From a virus (Duplodnaviria; Caudoviricetes), in the IMG/VR virus record IMGVR_UViG_3300005286_000179, positions 1-41,103 of that record: a stretch of DNA of 41,103 nucleotides; one strand, 5' to 3'. Shown one piece after another: positions 8,927-17,284 of this stretch. Both the position numbers and the translations under genes were made by a program. The first letter of the stretch is position 1. The number at the start of each line of letters is the position of its first letter. A model generated the notes under the pieces. It ran no database searches, was not told the DNA's origin, and was given only the letters and a program-made list of their open reading frames with translations.

Positions 8927-9460
8927 TCAAAGCTCCGGGTAAACAGTGATTTCGTTGCCGATGCCAGTCACACCGGCCATGTAAAAAGCGCTGTTCGACT
9001 CGACCGCAACGTCAATCGAACTCAGGTGCGAGCGCAGATTTTTTGCCGCCTCGACCACTTCCAGGATTCGCCGCATCTCCGCCTGCTGCGCGGTGCCGTC
9101 GATCACGGTCACGGCGATGCGGAACGTGTACGGATCGCCGCGCGGCGTCTCTTGCCACCACTCCACGATTTCCAGGCGCAGGCCCAGGGCCGCCAGGGCG
9201 CGGCGCATTGCGTCCGGCGTGCCCTTCGCGCGGTGAACGGCGACGGATGCGGCGATGGTGCCGCGCTTCTTCTGCTCGCCCCATTCCGGGTCCCAGTTGT
9301 CCACGCTCAACGCCCACGCCAGCCACGGCAGCAGCGGGGCGGGACACGTCCAGGCATCCCACACGTCGCGCACCGGCACCGGGATCGGGCGCGACCCCAT
9401 CACGTCATCTAGCGCGCGCTCTAGCGCGGTCGCGTTCGGCGGCAGAATGCTGTCCGTCAC
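8927..9460 (-). CDS. Tail protein I (P2 gpI)
   Basis: LPPNATALERAL, TCPAPLLPWLAWALSVDNW, HRAKGT, EWWQ, PYTF. Confidence 0.95.
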   Translation of the reverse strand: MTDSILPPNATALERALDDVMGSRPIPVPVRDVWDAWTCPAPLLPWLAWALSVDNWDPEWGEQKKRGTIAASVAVHRAKGTPDAMRRALAALGLRLEIVEWWQETPRGDPYTFRIAVTVIDGTAQQAEMRRILEVVEAAKNLRSHLSSIDVAVESNSAFYMAGVTGIGNEITVYPEL

Positions 9461-10347
9461 ACGCTGCCCCCATGCGTCAGCGTGACGGCGGTGCAGCGCG
9501 GCGCCTCATGCGGCGCGGCGAAGATATCGGCCACCGGCTGCGACAGGACAACGCGTTGCACGCCTTCCGCGTGCAGGGCCGCGTAGATGCCGGACAGCGT
9601 GACGGCGCGGCCCAGGCGGCCGGTGGCGGCGGTGTAATCGTCCAGGCGCGCGCGCGCCTCGGCCATGATTACGTCGGTGTCGGGGCCGGAGTAGGTCACG
9701 ATTTCAGCCTCAACGGCGTAGTCGATCCGCGCCGCCGGCACCACAGTGACGAAATCCGTAAGCGGCCGCACGGTGTCATCGTTGACGGCAGCCTCAACCG
9801 CCGCCAGCGCTTCCGGTGTCGGCGCCTCACCGTCCCGCGCCAGGACGGACACTACGACTTCTCCAGGGGCCGGGCTTGCTACGGACGCGTCCAGAATCGA
9901 CGCATGCGCCCCGAGCGCGTGGAATACGTACGCGCCTGCCGGGCCGGCGGTACTCACGCCTTCCAGTGCCATCTGCACGCGGCGGCGCAGGTCGTTATCC
10001 GACTCCATCACGGCGGCAATGCCATCTTCCGGCACGGCTTCGGACAGCGTGAGCCGACCCACGCCGAACATCGCGGCAAGGTGATCCAGGTCGGCGCCGA
10101 CCGCGTATGCGAGCATCACGGACCGCACGCCTTCGTTGACGCGCTGCCGCTGCAATACCTCGCGGTACGCGCAGCATTCCAGCAGCTTCACGACAGGCTC
10201 GGACGCAAGCGCCGCAGTGAAATGCGGGTAACGCGCGCTGAAATCCGCGATCAACTCCGAAACGATGGCTTCGTGGTCCAGGACTTCGATTGCAGGCGGC
10301 GAAGCCAGACGCGACAGATCAACCGCAGTGAACGCACCAGCCATCAA
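9457..10347 (-). CDS. Baseplate J-like protein (P2 gpJ)
   Basis: VDLSRL..P, RQRVNE, A.GADLDHL, STAGPAGAY.FHAL, VRPLTD.VTV. Confidence 0.95.
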   Translation of the reverse strand: MMAGAFTAVDLSRLASPPAIEVLDHEAIVSELIADFSARYPHFTAALASEPVVKLLECCAYREVLQRQRVNEGVRSVMLAYAVGADLDHLAAMFGVGRLTLSEAVPEDGIAAVMESDNDLRRRVQMALEGVSTAGPAGAYVFHALGAHASILDASVASPAPGEVVVSVLARDGEAPTPEALAAVEAAVNDDTVRPLTDFVTVVPAARIDYAVEAEIVTYSGPDTDVIMAEARARLDDYTAATGRLGRAVTLSGIYAALHAEGVQRVVLSQPVADIFAAPHEAPRCTAVTLTHGGSV

Positions 10348-10682
10348 CGCACCTCGATACCTTCAATGCGGACGGCCGAACCGTCCGGCAGATACACGCC
10401 CTCAACGGCCAGCAGCAGCCGCCCAGGCTCGGGCATGGACGCGTTCACCTTGTCCACGCGCATGCGCGGCTCCCAGCGCGCAAGCGCGTCAACGGTGGCC
10501 GCGTAGAAATCCATCAGGCTCGACTGATTGGCCGGCGCGTCGATCAGTTCAAACAGCCGCGAACCGTAGTCACGCCGCAACACTCGCGAGCCGATGGGCG
10601 TCCGCAGAATGTCGGTCACGGACTGCCGCAGATGGTCAACGCCATCAATCGGCCGCCCCGTTTCGCCGCTAATCCCAAGCAT
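10344..10682 (-). CDS. Baseplate wedge W / gp25-like protein
   Basis: HLRQSV.DIL.TPIGSRV.RRDYGS.L..LIDAP, ALARWEPR; start at 10682 lies 7 nt after the -10 box. Confidence 0.93.
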   Translation of the reverse strand: MLGISGETGRPIDGVDHLRQSVTDILRTPIGSRVLRRDYGSRLFELIDAPANQSSLMDFYAATVDALARWEPRMRVDKVNASMPEPGRLLLAVEGVYLPDGSAVRIEGIEVR

Positions 10683-10689
10683 GCGCGCG

Positions 10690-10732
10690 AGTATCACGCG
10701 CATGCCTGGGACTTTCCTTTGCAGCCTCTTCC
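10690..10732 (-). promoter_or_regulatory. Late promoter (probably leaderless transcript) for the gpW-J-I-H operon
   Basis: GGAAGAGGCTGCAAAGG-N20-GATACT-N7-ATG. Confidence 0.7.
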
Positions 10733-10733
10733 G

Positions 10734-11345
10734 CTACGGCGTCGGCGGACTGGTCGGGCTACCGGACGCGGCCGACGTGTGCTTGTGCGTGGTCAACGCG
10801 ATGCTGCCGCTGTAAACCTCGCCGTTCGCGCGCACCTCGCCGGATACCTTAACGTCAGCGGAAAATGTCGCCTCGCCCGTCACCTTCACATCGCCGGTAA
10901 ACGTCGCCTCGGGCGTGTCGATTCGCACGGACTCCGCCGCCTCGACGGTCGCCGTGTTGCAGCGGATCACGACGGACGCGGTGCCGGCATCCACGGTCAG
11001 CCGGTTTGCCGCGTGGTCATACTCGACCGTGGTGCCGTCCGCGTAAACGGTGCGGTCCACGCCCTCGCTGTCGGCGGGCGCCGGGTATGCGTCTTGATAG
11101 ATGCTGCCGACCACTACGCCCAGGGCCATGTTTCCGCACGGCGACACGACTAGAACCTGCTCGTCAAGGCGCGGCGGATTCCAGGTCCGCGCACCAGCGC
11201 CCGCCCGGCGCTCGATCCAGGGCAGCCAGTCCGTCACATTTCCATTGCACTCGACGCGCACGCGTGCAGCGGCGGCGTCCAGTTCGCACACGGTTCCCAC
11301 GACGGCAATCCCGCCGATCATCCGATCATGTTCAGCCGCCGACAT
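10734..11345 (-). CDS. Baseplate assembly / spike protein V (P2 gpV)
   Basis: TDWLPW..RRAG..RTW.PP...EQVLVVSP.G, DGTTVEYD, C-terminal HKH; start MSAAEH at 11345. Confidence 0.93.
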   Translation of the reverse strand: MSAAEHDRMIGGIAVVGTVCELDAAAARVRVECNGNVTDWLPWIERRAGAGARTWNPPRLDEQVLVVSPCGNMALGVVVGSIYQDAYPAPADSEGVDRTVYADGTTVEYDHAANRLTVDAGTASVVIRCNTATVEAAESVRIDTPEATFTGDVKVTGEATFSADVKVSGEVRANGEVYSGSIALTTHKHTSAASGSPTSPPTP

Positions 11346-11928
11346 GCCGCCCTCCGCCGCAATAGCACGCGCCATCTTCGCCAGGGACGGCCGGCAGCAG
11401 CGGCGCGTACGCGTCGCCGTTGTCCTCGCCCACCGCTGGCGCGAACGAATAGCGCGGATCGGGGTCAATCGGCGCACCATCCCGCCACGCCGATTCGCCG
11501 AACATCGCCGGCATCACGAACTCGACGCGCCACGTGGCCCACTTCTCGACTTCCTCGCGGAACGCATCCGGGCCGCATTCGATCACCTGGGCCGGGTCGG
11601 TGTAGATGCCACGGAAGCGGCGCAGGTTCAGCCACGACGCCAGGGCGACGGCGGCGAACTTCACCGGCGTGGCGCCGGTCTTGCGCCGGTTGTAGATCAC
11701 GCGCGCCTCAAACCGCGCGAGCGCCGGCCATTGCCCCGTGCCGGCATCGCCATCCTGCCACGGCTCGGCTTCCACAAACGACAGCAGGCACGCGGGAAGC
11801 GGCAGCTTTTCGTCCTCGTCCTCACGGTCAAATTCGACCGTGGCGAATGCCGGGAACTGCGCGGCGATTTCGCGCGCAATGGCTTCCTGCATCGCCTCTA
11901 GCGTTACCTCAGTAAGCGTGTGCGCCAT
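11332..11928 (-). CDS. Putative tail completion/terminator protein
   Basis: Position between Z-like gene and gpV; LPACLL and WRVEF features. Confidence 0.6.
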   Translation of the reverse strand: MAHTLTEVTLEAMQEAIAREIAAQFPAFATVEFDREDEDEKLPLPACLLSFVEAEPWQDGDAGTGQWPALARFEARVIYNRRKTGATPVKFAAVALASWLNLRRFRGIYTDPAQVIECGPDAFREEVEKWATWRVEFVMPAMFGESAWRDGAPIDPDPRYSFAPAVGEDNGDAYAPLLPAVPGEDGACYCGGGRHVGG

Positions 11929-12452
11929 CTGATTTCATGCTCAATGAATTTCTGCAACTGCGCGTCGAACTCGGCCGTGCCGATCAACTCATCTTCAACG
12001 TACGTCAACGCCTTGTCTGAAATGTCCAGCGTCACCGCTTCCAGCGGCACGCGCTCCTTTCCCACGCGACGGTAAACGCCGCGCCGGCCGTTCACGGTTG
12101 CGATGAACGCGCCGGGGTACATGCGCCCGCCAGCGCGGACGCCCTGCGCGGTTTGCCGCGCGCCGAGCCGCATCAGTGAAATGGGTTGCAGGCCAAACCA
12201 CACTTTCGCGCCGTCGCCGCCCGTGGATACGCCGCCCTGCAAACGGAACGTGCGAATGCGGCCGCGCAGGATTTTCTGCTGCACGCCCAGGTGCGCCGAC
12301 AGGCCGCGCACAGCGCGCGTGCGCAGCCATCGGGCCATGCGCCCATAGGCCGACTTCAATGCGGCCTCTAGCTGCGCCTCAGTCGCGCCCAGTTCGTCCG
12401 CCAGGGCGCCGACCTGCCGCGCGTCAACCTCAACCAGCAGCCCGCCAGCCAT
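11904..12452 (-). CDS. Minor tail protein Z-like neck protein
   Basis: Basic protein with KVWFG, GAFIA, V.RR.GKER.PL motifs. Confidence 0.7.
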   Translation of the reverse strand: MAGGLLVEVDARQVGALADELGATEAQLEAALKSAYGRMARWLRTRAVRGLSAHLGVQQKILRGRIRTFRLQGGVSTGGDGAKVWFGLQPISLMRLGARQTAQGVRAGGRMYPGAFIATVNGRRGVYRRVGKERVPLEAVTLDISDKALTYVEDELIGTAEFDAQLQKFIEHEIRWRTRLLR

Positions 12453-12772
12453 CAGCCGTAATCGCGCGACAGGGACAGGATCGCCATGCCGGTCCCGTCA
12501 CTCTGCGGATCGTGGTCCAGCATGAATGCGTCGCCCGCGATGGTGCATTCGTCGTTCTTTTTCAGATGCGCCACGCGCGCAAGCTCGGCCGTGAATCGCG
12601 GCTGTGAAACGTTCGCTATGTACTCGCCCGACTCCGCGCTCAACGTGGGATCATCGAAGATGCCCGGCACGTCGCGCGCGATCACCACGCCCTTACGGGT
12701 GAACGTCGCAAGGTCGCCGAATTCCTGGGGGTCCAGGAAGTCGGCGATGTTCTCCCAGTTGCGCGCAGCCAC
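12452..12772 (-). CDS. Head-tail joining protein (lambda FII-like)
   Basis: FLDP.EFG, GIFDDP, DGTGMAIL.L; position after capsid. Confidence 0.75.
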   Translation of the reverse strand: MAARNWENIADFLDPQEFGDLATFTRKGVVIARDVPGIFDDPTLSAESGEYIANVSQPRFTAELARVAHLKKNDECTIAGDAFMLDHDPQSDGTGMAILSLSRDYG

Positions 12773-12773
12773 G

Positions 12774-13049
12774 TCAGGCGCGGTTGCGCTGGCGCCGGCC
12801 CACCTTGGGCGGCGCGGGTGTCGGGTCCGGCTCGGCCTTCGCCTGGGCGACTTCGTGCGCGGGCGCGCCGTTCACGTTGTCCGGCTCGGCGGCCTCGTCC
12901 TTGAACTCGGCGCGACGGGTCAGCACAAGCTCACGCGCGACGCCGCGCGTCACATAGATGGTATCGCCATCGGTGACGTACTCGCCCGCAACGAACATGG
13001 GGCGCGTCACGCGCATGGCATAGGTCTTGGGTGTCTCGTTCATCATCAT
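12774..13049 (-). CDS. Hypothetical head-associated protein
   Basis: ORF between capsid and head-tail joining gene with low-complexity C-terminus. Confidence 0.6.
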   Translation of the reverse strand: MMMNETPKTYAMRVTRPMFVAGEYVTDGDTIYVTRGVARELVLTRRAEFKDEAAEPDNVNGAPAHEVAQAKAEPDPTPAPPKVGRRQRNRA

Positions 13050-13057
13050 CCCCAGGG

Positions 13058-13087
13058 GAAGCCGGCCGCGCTAGGCGGCCGGCTTTC
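13058..13087 (-). terminator. Hairpin after the capsid gene
   Basis: AAGCCGGCCGC...GCGGCCGGCTT inverted repeat. Confidence 0.55.
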
Positions 13088-13094
13088 GCTTCAC

Positions 13095-15128
13095 TTAGCC
13101 GCCCTGTGCGGCCGCCTTGCGGCCCAGGCAGAACGACTGCGCACGACGGTGGGCGAAATCCACATCCTGGAACGTGGTGATGCGGATGCGACCCTTACGG
13201 CTGTGCGTGTACGGGTCCACGGTCAGCTCAAGGCCGCCCCACAGGCCGATCAGCAGGTCGGCGTAGTTCGCGAAGAACACATCACCGTCCGCAACCTGAT
13301 TGGTGATTTCGGCGCTGTAGCCGTTCAGGCTGTTGCCCGGCTCCCACATCGGGGTATCGCCGCCCGCGAACTTCACGGTGGTCTTGGCGTGGCCGCGCAG
13401 GGTGGCCGAACCGGCGTAGGCGAAGCCATCGACCAGGGCATTGTCGCTGCCAACTTCGGTTTCCATCTGCACCAGTTCGGCATAGGTCGGATACTTGCCG
13501 GCGAACTCGACGGCGGAAATGCCCGACAGGTTCGCGATGCCCAGCGGCTGGCCGTTGGCGCCGGTGCCGTAGTAGCCGGCGGCGTCGATGGTCAGGCCCT
13601 GCGACTGCGCAAGATCCTCGCGCAGCATGGCCTCGATATCCAGGCTCGACTGCTGGAGCATCTTGCGGGTCACTTCGGTGTACGCCGCGACGGTCTTGGG
13701 CGACAGCAGAACCTGCCCAAGCTCGATGCCGGTTTCTTCCGCGTCGGTGTCCTCGCCGTTCAGCCAGTAACCCTGGGTGCCGCGCAGCTTCTTCGGGATA
13801 TCGACGTTGCCCACCAGTCCGCCCAGGACGCGGCCGCGCCGCATGATGGTGGTGCTGTTGCGCAGGATGTCGATGAAGCTGCCCGGTTGCAGTTCGGTCG
13901 CCACCAGGTAGCCACCGGTAGCGGCGCCACTGGTCTTGCCGGTACTCATCGGGGCGCGCATGCCGAACATGCCGCCGCCGACTGCATGGCGCAGCACGTC
14001 GGTCGGGATCACGAAACGGTCGGAACTGTGCGCCTGATTCTTACGCGCAGCTTCGGACGCCTCGAACTCGAAAGCCGCTTCCTTCTGCGCCTTGCGGTCG
14101 CCCGGTTCCAGCAGCGCGCGCACGGCACGCACCAGCGAGTAACGGCCCAGGTCGCGCTCGCTCATGCCGATATCGCAGCCGCGCAGCTGTTCGGACAGCG
14201 GACGGGTCGCGCGCTCGTTCATCGCGGTCAGCAGGGAACGGGAAAACTGCTCGGGGCTGTGTCCGTCGCGCAGGGCGGTGGTCAGCATGTCCTGGGCGTT
14301 TTCCAGGTTGCGGCCGAACTGATTGGCAATGTCGGTCAGCTCGCGCACGCGGGCACGCTCGGCGTCGCCGTTGCTCGGCGCGTTGCGCTGCGACGGCGCA
14401 TCGCTGGCGCGCTCGATGGTTTCCAGGACTTCGGTGATGTTGCCCGATTCGTCCACCATCGCACGCACCAGATCACCGGCTGCATTGCGCAGGGTCTTGG
14501 TGTTCATAGTTTCGCTTTCTTCCTTCGCTTCGTAGCCGGCGCAGGATTGCGCCGCATCGTCAGTTTCCGTGCGCGCGGTATCCCGCTCCATTGCAGGGAT
14601 TTCCGCAGAACGCCCCACGCCGACAGTCGGATCAGCCGGCACGGCCACGTGACTGATTTCGTGCGGGCGCCAGCGGGTCACGGTGTAAATCGGTTCGCCG
14701 TCGCGCTCGCCGGTCTTTTCCATTTCCAGGACCACGTAGCCAACGGACACGTGCCGCTTGATACCGTCCTGTACGTCGGTGAAAAGCTCTTCGCCGGCAG
14801 CGGTGCGCGAGTAACGCACGGTCGCGCGGCCGCGCCGCTCGCTCGGGTCAATCCATGCCGATTCGATAACGCCGCGCTGATCCCTCCATTCGTGGTCGCA
14901 CAGCAGCGCGCCGCCGTTGTTCAGGCGGGACAGATCGCAGGCGCCTTCGGCGTGTGACAGGATTTCCCAGCCGTACCAGCGTTGCACGGCGTATTCGCTG
15001 GAAAACGCCAGGGTTGCGGTGCGCGCCTCCGCGTCCACGCTCTCGATCTCGGCGGCGCGCAGCTGTTGCTTGCCGCCAAGCTCGCGCAGCAGTACATCCG
15101 CCGCGCGGTGTTTCACTTTTCCGCTCAT
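13095..15128 (-). CDS. Fused prohead protease - major capsid protein (HK97 fold)
   Basis: Protease motifs LAFSSE, LL.DH, VSVGY, EISHVAVPADPTVGVGR, then capsid motifs GGYLVATEL, FIDILRN, LSPKTV, GLWGGLELTVDPY. Confidence 0.93.
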   Translation of the reverse strand: MSGKVKHRAADVLLRELGGKQQLRAAEIESVDAEARTATLAFSSEYAVQRWYGWEILSHAEGACDLSRLNNGGALLCDHEWRDQRGVIESAWIDPSERRGRATVRYSRTAAGEELFTDVQDGIKRHVSVGYVVLEMEKTGERDGEPIYTVTRWRPHEISHVAVPADPTVGVGRSAEIPAMERDTARTETDDAAQSCAGYEAKEESETMNTKTLRNAAGDLVRAMVDESGNITEVLETIERASDAPSQRNAPSNGDAERARVRELTDIANQFGRNLENAQDMLTTALRDGHSPEQFSRSLLTAMNERATRPLSEQLRGCDIGMSERDLGRYSLVRAVRALLEPGDRKAQKEAAFEFEASEAARKNQAHSSDRFVIPTDVLRHAVGGGMFGMRAPMSTGKTSGAATGGYLVATELQPGSFIDILRNSTTIMRRGRVLGGLVGNVDIPKKLRGTQGYWLNGEDTDAEETGIELGQVLLSPKTVAAYTEVTRKMLQQSSLDIEAMLREDLAQSQGLTIDAAGYYGTGANGQPLGIANLSGISAVEFAGKYPTYAELVQMETEVGSDNALVDGFAYAGSATLRGHAKTTVKFAGGDTPMWEPGNSLNGYSAEITNQVADGDVFFANYADLLIGLWGGLELTVDPYTHSRKGRIRITTFQDVDFAHRRAQSFCLGRKAAAQGG
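14562..14604 (-). promoter_or_regulatory. Late promoter internal to the protease-capsid gene
   Basis: GGAAATCCCTGCAATGG-N20-GAAACT upstream of in-frame ATG 14507 preceded by AAGGA. Confidence 0.72.
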
Positions 15129-16741
15129 TGCTTCTCGCTCTTCGGTTCGGGTTTGGCCTGCGGCACCTGTTTCTGTCCGTAGCTGGCGGCGATGACTTCC
15201 AGCGGGATACCCTCCGCCTGCATCGCCTTAATGTCTGCGGCGATTTCCTTGAAAACCTCATCCGGGTCGCGGCCTTCTTCCCGAATCAGTGACGACGGCG
15301 AAGCCAACAGGGCGTTCTTCCAGCCCGTAGCCGCGTCAACATCGGCGCGCGGATCAATCCAGGCCCAGCGGCGGCCCTGCCAGATGGCGCGCAGGTATTC
15401 GCCAGTGCGGCCGGCGGACAGGCGGCCGCCGCCCGGCAGGCGCACCAGCCCGCGCAGCAGCGCCAGGGGCAGCGCGCGGCGGAACACGCGATCGCACAGC
15501 GCGTCGCGCAGCCAGCCCTGGCGCTCTTTGTACCCCTCGCGTGCGTCAAGCTCGCCCTGTCGGATGCTGGAAAAATTCACGTCGGTCAGGTCTTGCGTGA
15601 GCGCGTGATAGCTCACGCCCGCACCTGCCGCGAATTTGCGATCCATCAGCTTCACGAACGGCACAAGCTCGCCGCTCGGGTAGGTCGGATCGAACTTGTT
15701 CAACTTCGCGCCGGCCGGCAGGACCGGGAACGCGCCGGGTTCGGCGTCGATTTCCAGATCGTCGCCCTCTTCCAGTTCGTCGCCGTGGCCGTCCTCGAAC
15801 TCGATGAATCCCATCTTCGACGCGCCCATGCGCATGTTCACCACGGCGGCATCTTCGCCGGCCTGCACATGCTTGGCGCGATACAGGCCGGTGGACGCCC
15901 AGGGCAAGCCGCGCTTCTGGCCGACGAACTCGGGAACGAACCCGTGAATGATTTCTTCGGCCGGGATTCGCTCAAACGTGTTGCCGCCGTACGTGTACGC
16001 GGCCGCGCCGTTGCGGTCATCGACCTGGAAGTAATAGGCAACGGGCTTGCCGTACTTCGTGAACTCGATTCCCTGGCGGATGAACCGGCCGCCTTCCAGG
16101 CCGTCGCGGCTCAGTTCGACGGGGCAGCGCGCCGGGTCCAGCATTTGCAGCGCGTATCCCATCGGGCCGGCATCGTCGCCGACGATTTCGCGCACGAAAA
16201 ATTCGCCGTCGCGTGCGGCCGTCTCGACCGCAAGCCCCTGCATGCGCCACCAGGACAGTTGACCGGTAACGTCGCAGTTCTCGGCGCGGCCCCATTCATC
16301 CCACCACGTTTCGATGGCCTCGCGCGCGGCGGCGTCCGGCGTTCCGTCCGGCAGCACAACCTGCGAATGCAGGCGCAGGCCGGTGCTGCCGACAACGTGC
16401 AGACGCACCTGCCGCAGAAACGCCTTCATGGTGTCGCTGTTCGCCGCCTGCTCGCGCGAGCGCGCCACAAGCGCGCGCTGATACCTCGCGACGATCCAAT
16501 CAGCAGGCACCGGCGTGGTCGGCCAGTCGGCCGTAAGCCGGCCCGACTCGCCCGACGCCATCAGCATGCGCGCCGCGTCGCGGCCGATGATGCGGCCACG
16601 GTTGCGCACCGCGTCCGCTTGCGTCGCGCGCTTCGGCTCCCACACGGCCGCGATGGCTTCCGCCAGTGCACTCCCGCGCAGCTTGCCGCGCGAAACGTCC
16701 AGGGTTGCGCCGCGCTTGCGGCCGAATCCGAAAATCGCCAT
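15125..16741 (-). CDS. Portal protein, lambda family
   Basis: L.ARSRE, DGEFF, GIEF..YGKPVAY, GQKRGLPW, VNFSSIRQG, WAWIDP..D. Confidence 0.93.
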   Translation of the reverse strand: MAIFGFGRKRGATLDVSRGKLRGSALAEAIAAVWEPKRATQADAVRNRGRIIGRDAARMLMASGESGRLTADWPTTPVPADWIVARYQRALVARSREQAANSDTMKAFLRQVRLHVVGSTGLRLHSQVVLPDGTPDAAAREAIETWWDEWGRAENCDVTGQLSWWRMQGLAVETAARDGEFFVREIVGDDAGPMGYALQMLDPARCPVELSRDGLEGGRFIRQGIEFTKYGKPVAYYFQVDDRNGAAAYTYGGNTFERIPAEEIIHGFVPEFVGQKRGLPWASTGLYRAKHVQAGEDAAVVNMRMGASKMGFIEFEDGHGDELEEGDDLEIDAEPGAFPVLPAGAKLNKFDPTYPSGELVPFVKLMDRKFAAGAGVSYHALTQDLTDVNFSSIRQGELDAREGYKERQGWLRDALCDRVFRRALPLALLRGLVRLPGGGRLSAGRTGEYLRAIWQGRRWAWIDPRADVDAATGWKNALLASPSSLIREEGRDPDEVFKEIAADIKAMQAEGIPLEVIAASYGQKQVPQAKPEPKSEKQ

Positions 16742-16745
16742 GTGC

Positions 16746-17282
16746 TTACCGGGTAGTGAACTTGACTTGCAGCCAGGACGTGCGGCCGCCCTTCACCTGC
16801 CGCTCTTCGGCGCGCACCAGCCGCACGAAATGCGCGCGCAGGCGCAGCAGATCGGCAACCGACATGCGGTAAAGCTCGCGGTTGTTGATCCGGTAGCGCT
16901 CTTGATCCAGGGTCGCGCGCTTCGCGAGGACGGCATTGATCGCGTCCAGCGCGCGCCGGTTCTCGCTGCGGGGGTCGTGGCCTTCGGGCAGGGCCGCGAA
17001 ATCAGCGATGATCCGCGTGCGGCCTTCCTCGACAACGTGCGCTTCATCCCCGGCGTACGCGCGCACCTGGTACGCGTATTCGCCGGGAATCCACTCGGCC
17101 GTTTCAGCGGCGCTCACGCTCCACACGTGCCGCGCCGCATCGCGCTCCGCATCCATCCCGTACGCCGCAGGGCCGCGCAGCAGGATGCGCATGGACCATT
17201 CCGCGCCCGAGAATTCAGCGCGCCATGCGGTCGCCCCGAAATTCACGCCTGCGGTAATCGTCTCACTTACGATGCGCGCCAC
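16746..17282 (-). CDS. Head-tail adaptor (lambda gpW-like C-terminus); start uncertain
   Basis: LDAINAVL..RAT.DQ.RYRINNREL......DLLRLR; lies between terL and portal. Confidence 0.7.
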   Translation of the reverse strand: MARIVSETITAGVNFGATAWRAEFSGAEWSMRILLRGPAAYGMDAERDAARHVWSVSAAETAEWIPGEYAYQVRAYAGDEAHVVEEGRTRIIADFAALPEGHDPRSENRRALDAINAVLAKRATLDQERYRINNRELYRMSVADLLRLRAHFVRLVRAEERQVKGGRTSWLQVKFTTR

Positions 17283-17284
17283 TA

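Noticed and set aside
2009-14957. Long plus-strand ORFs (2009-4162, 4815-6728, 7633-8949, 9043-10506, 12486-14957)
   Set aside because: Antisense shadows of clear minus-strand phage genes in high-GC DNA; no recognisable motifs
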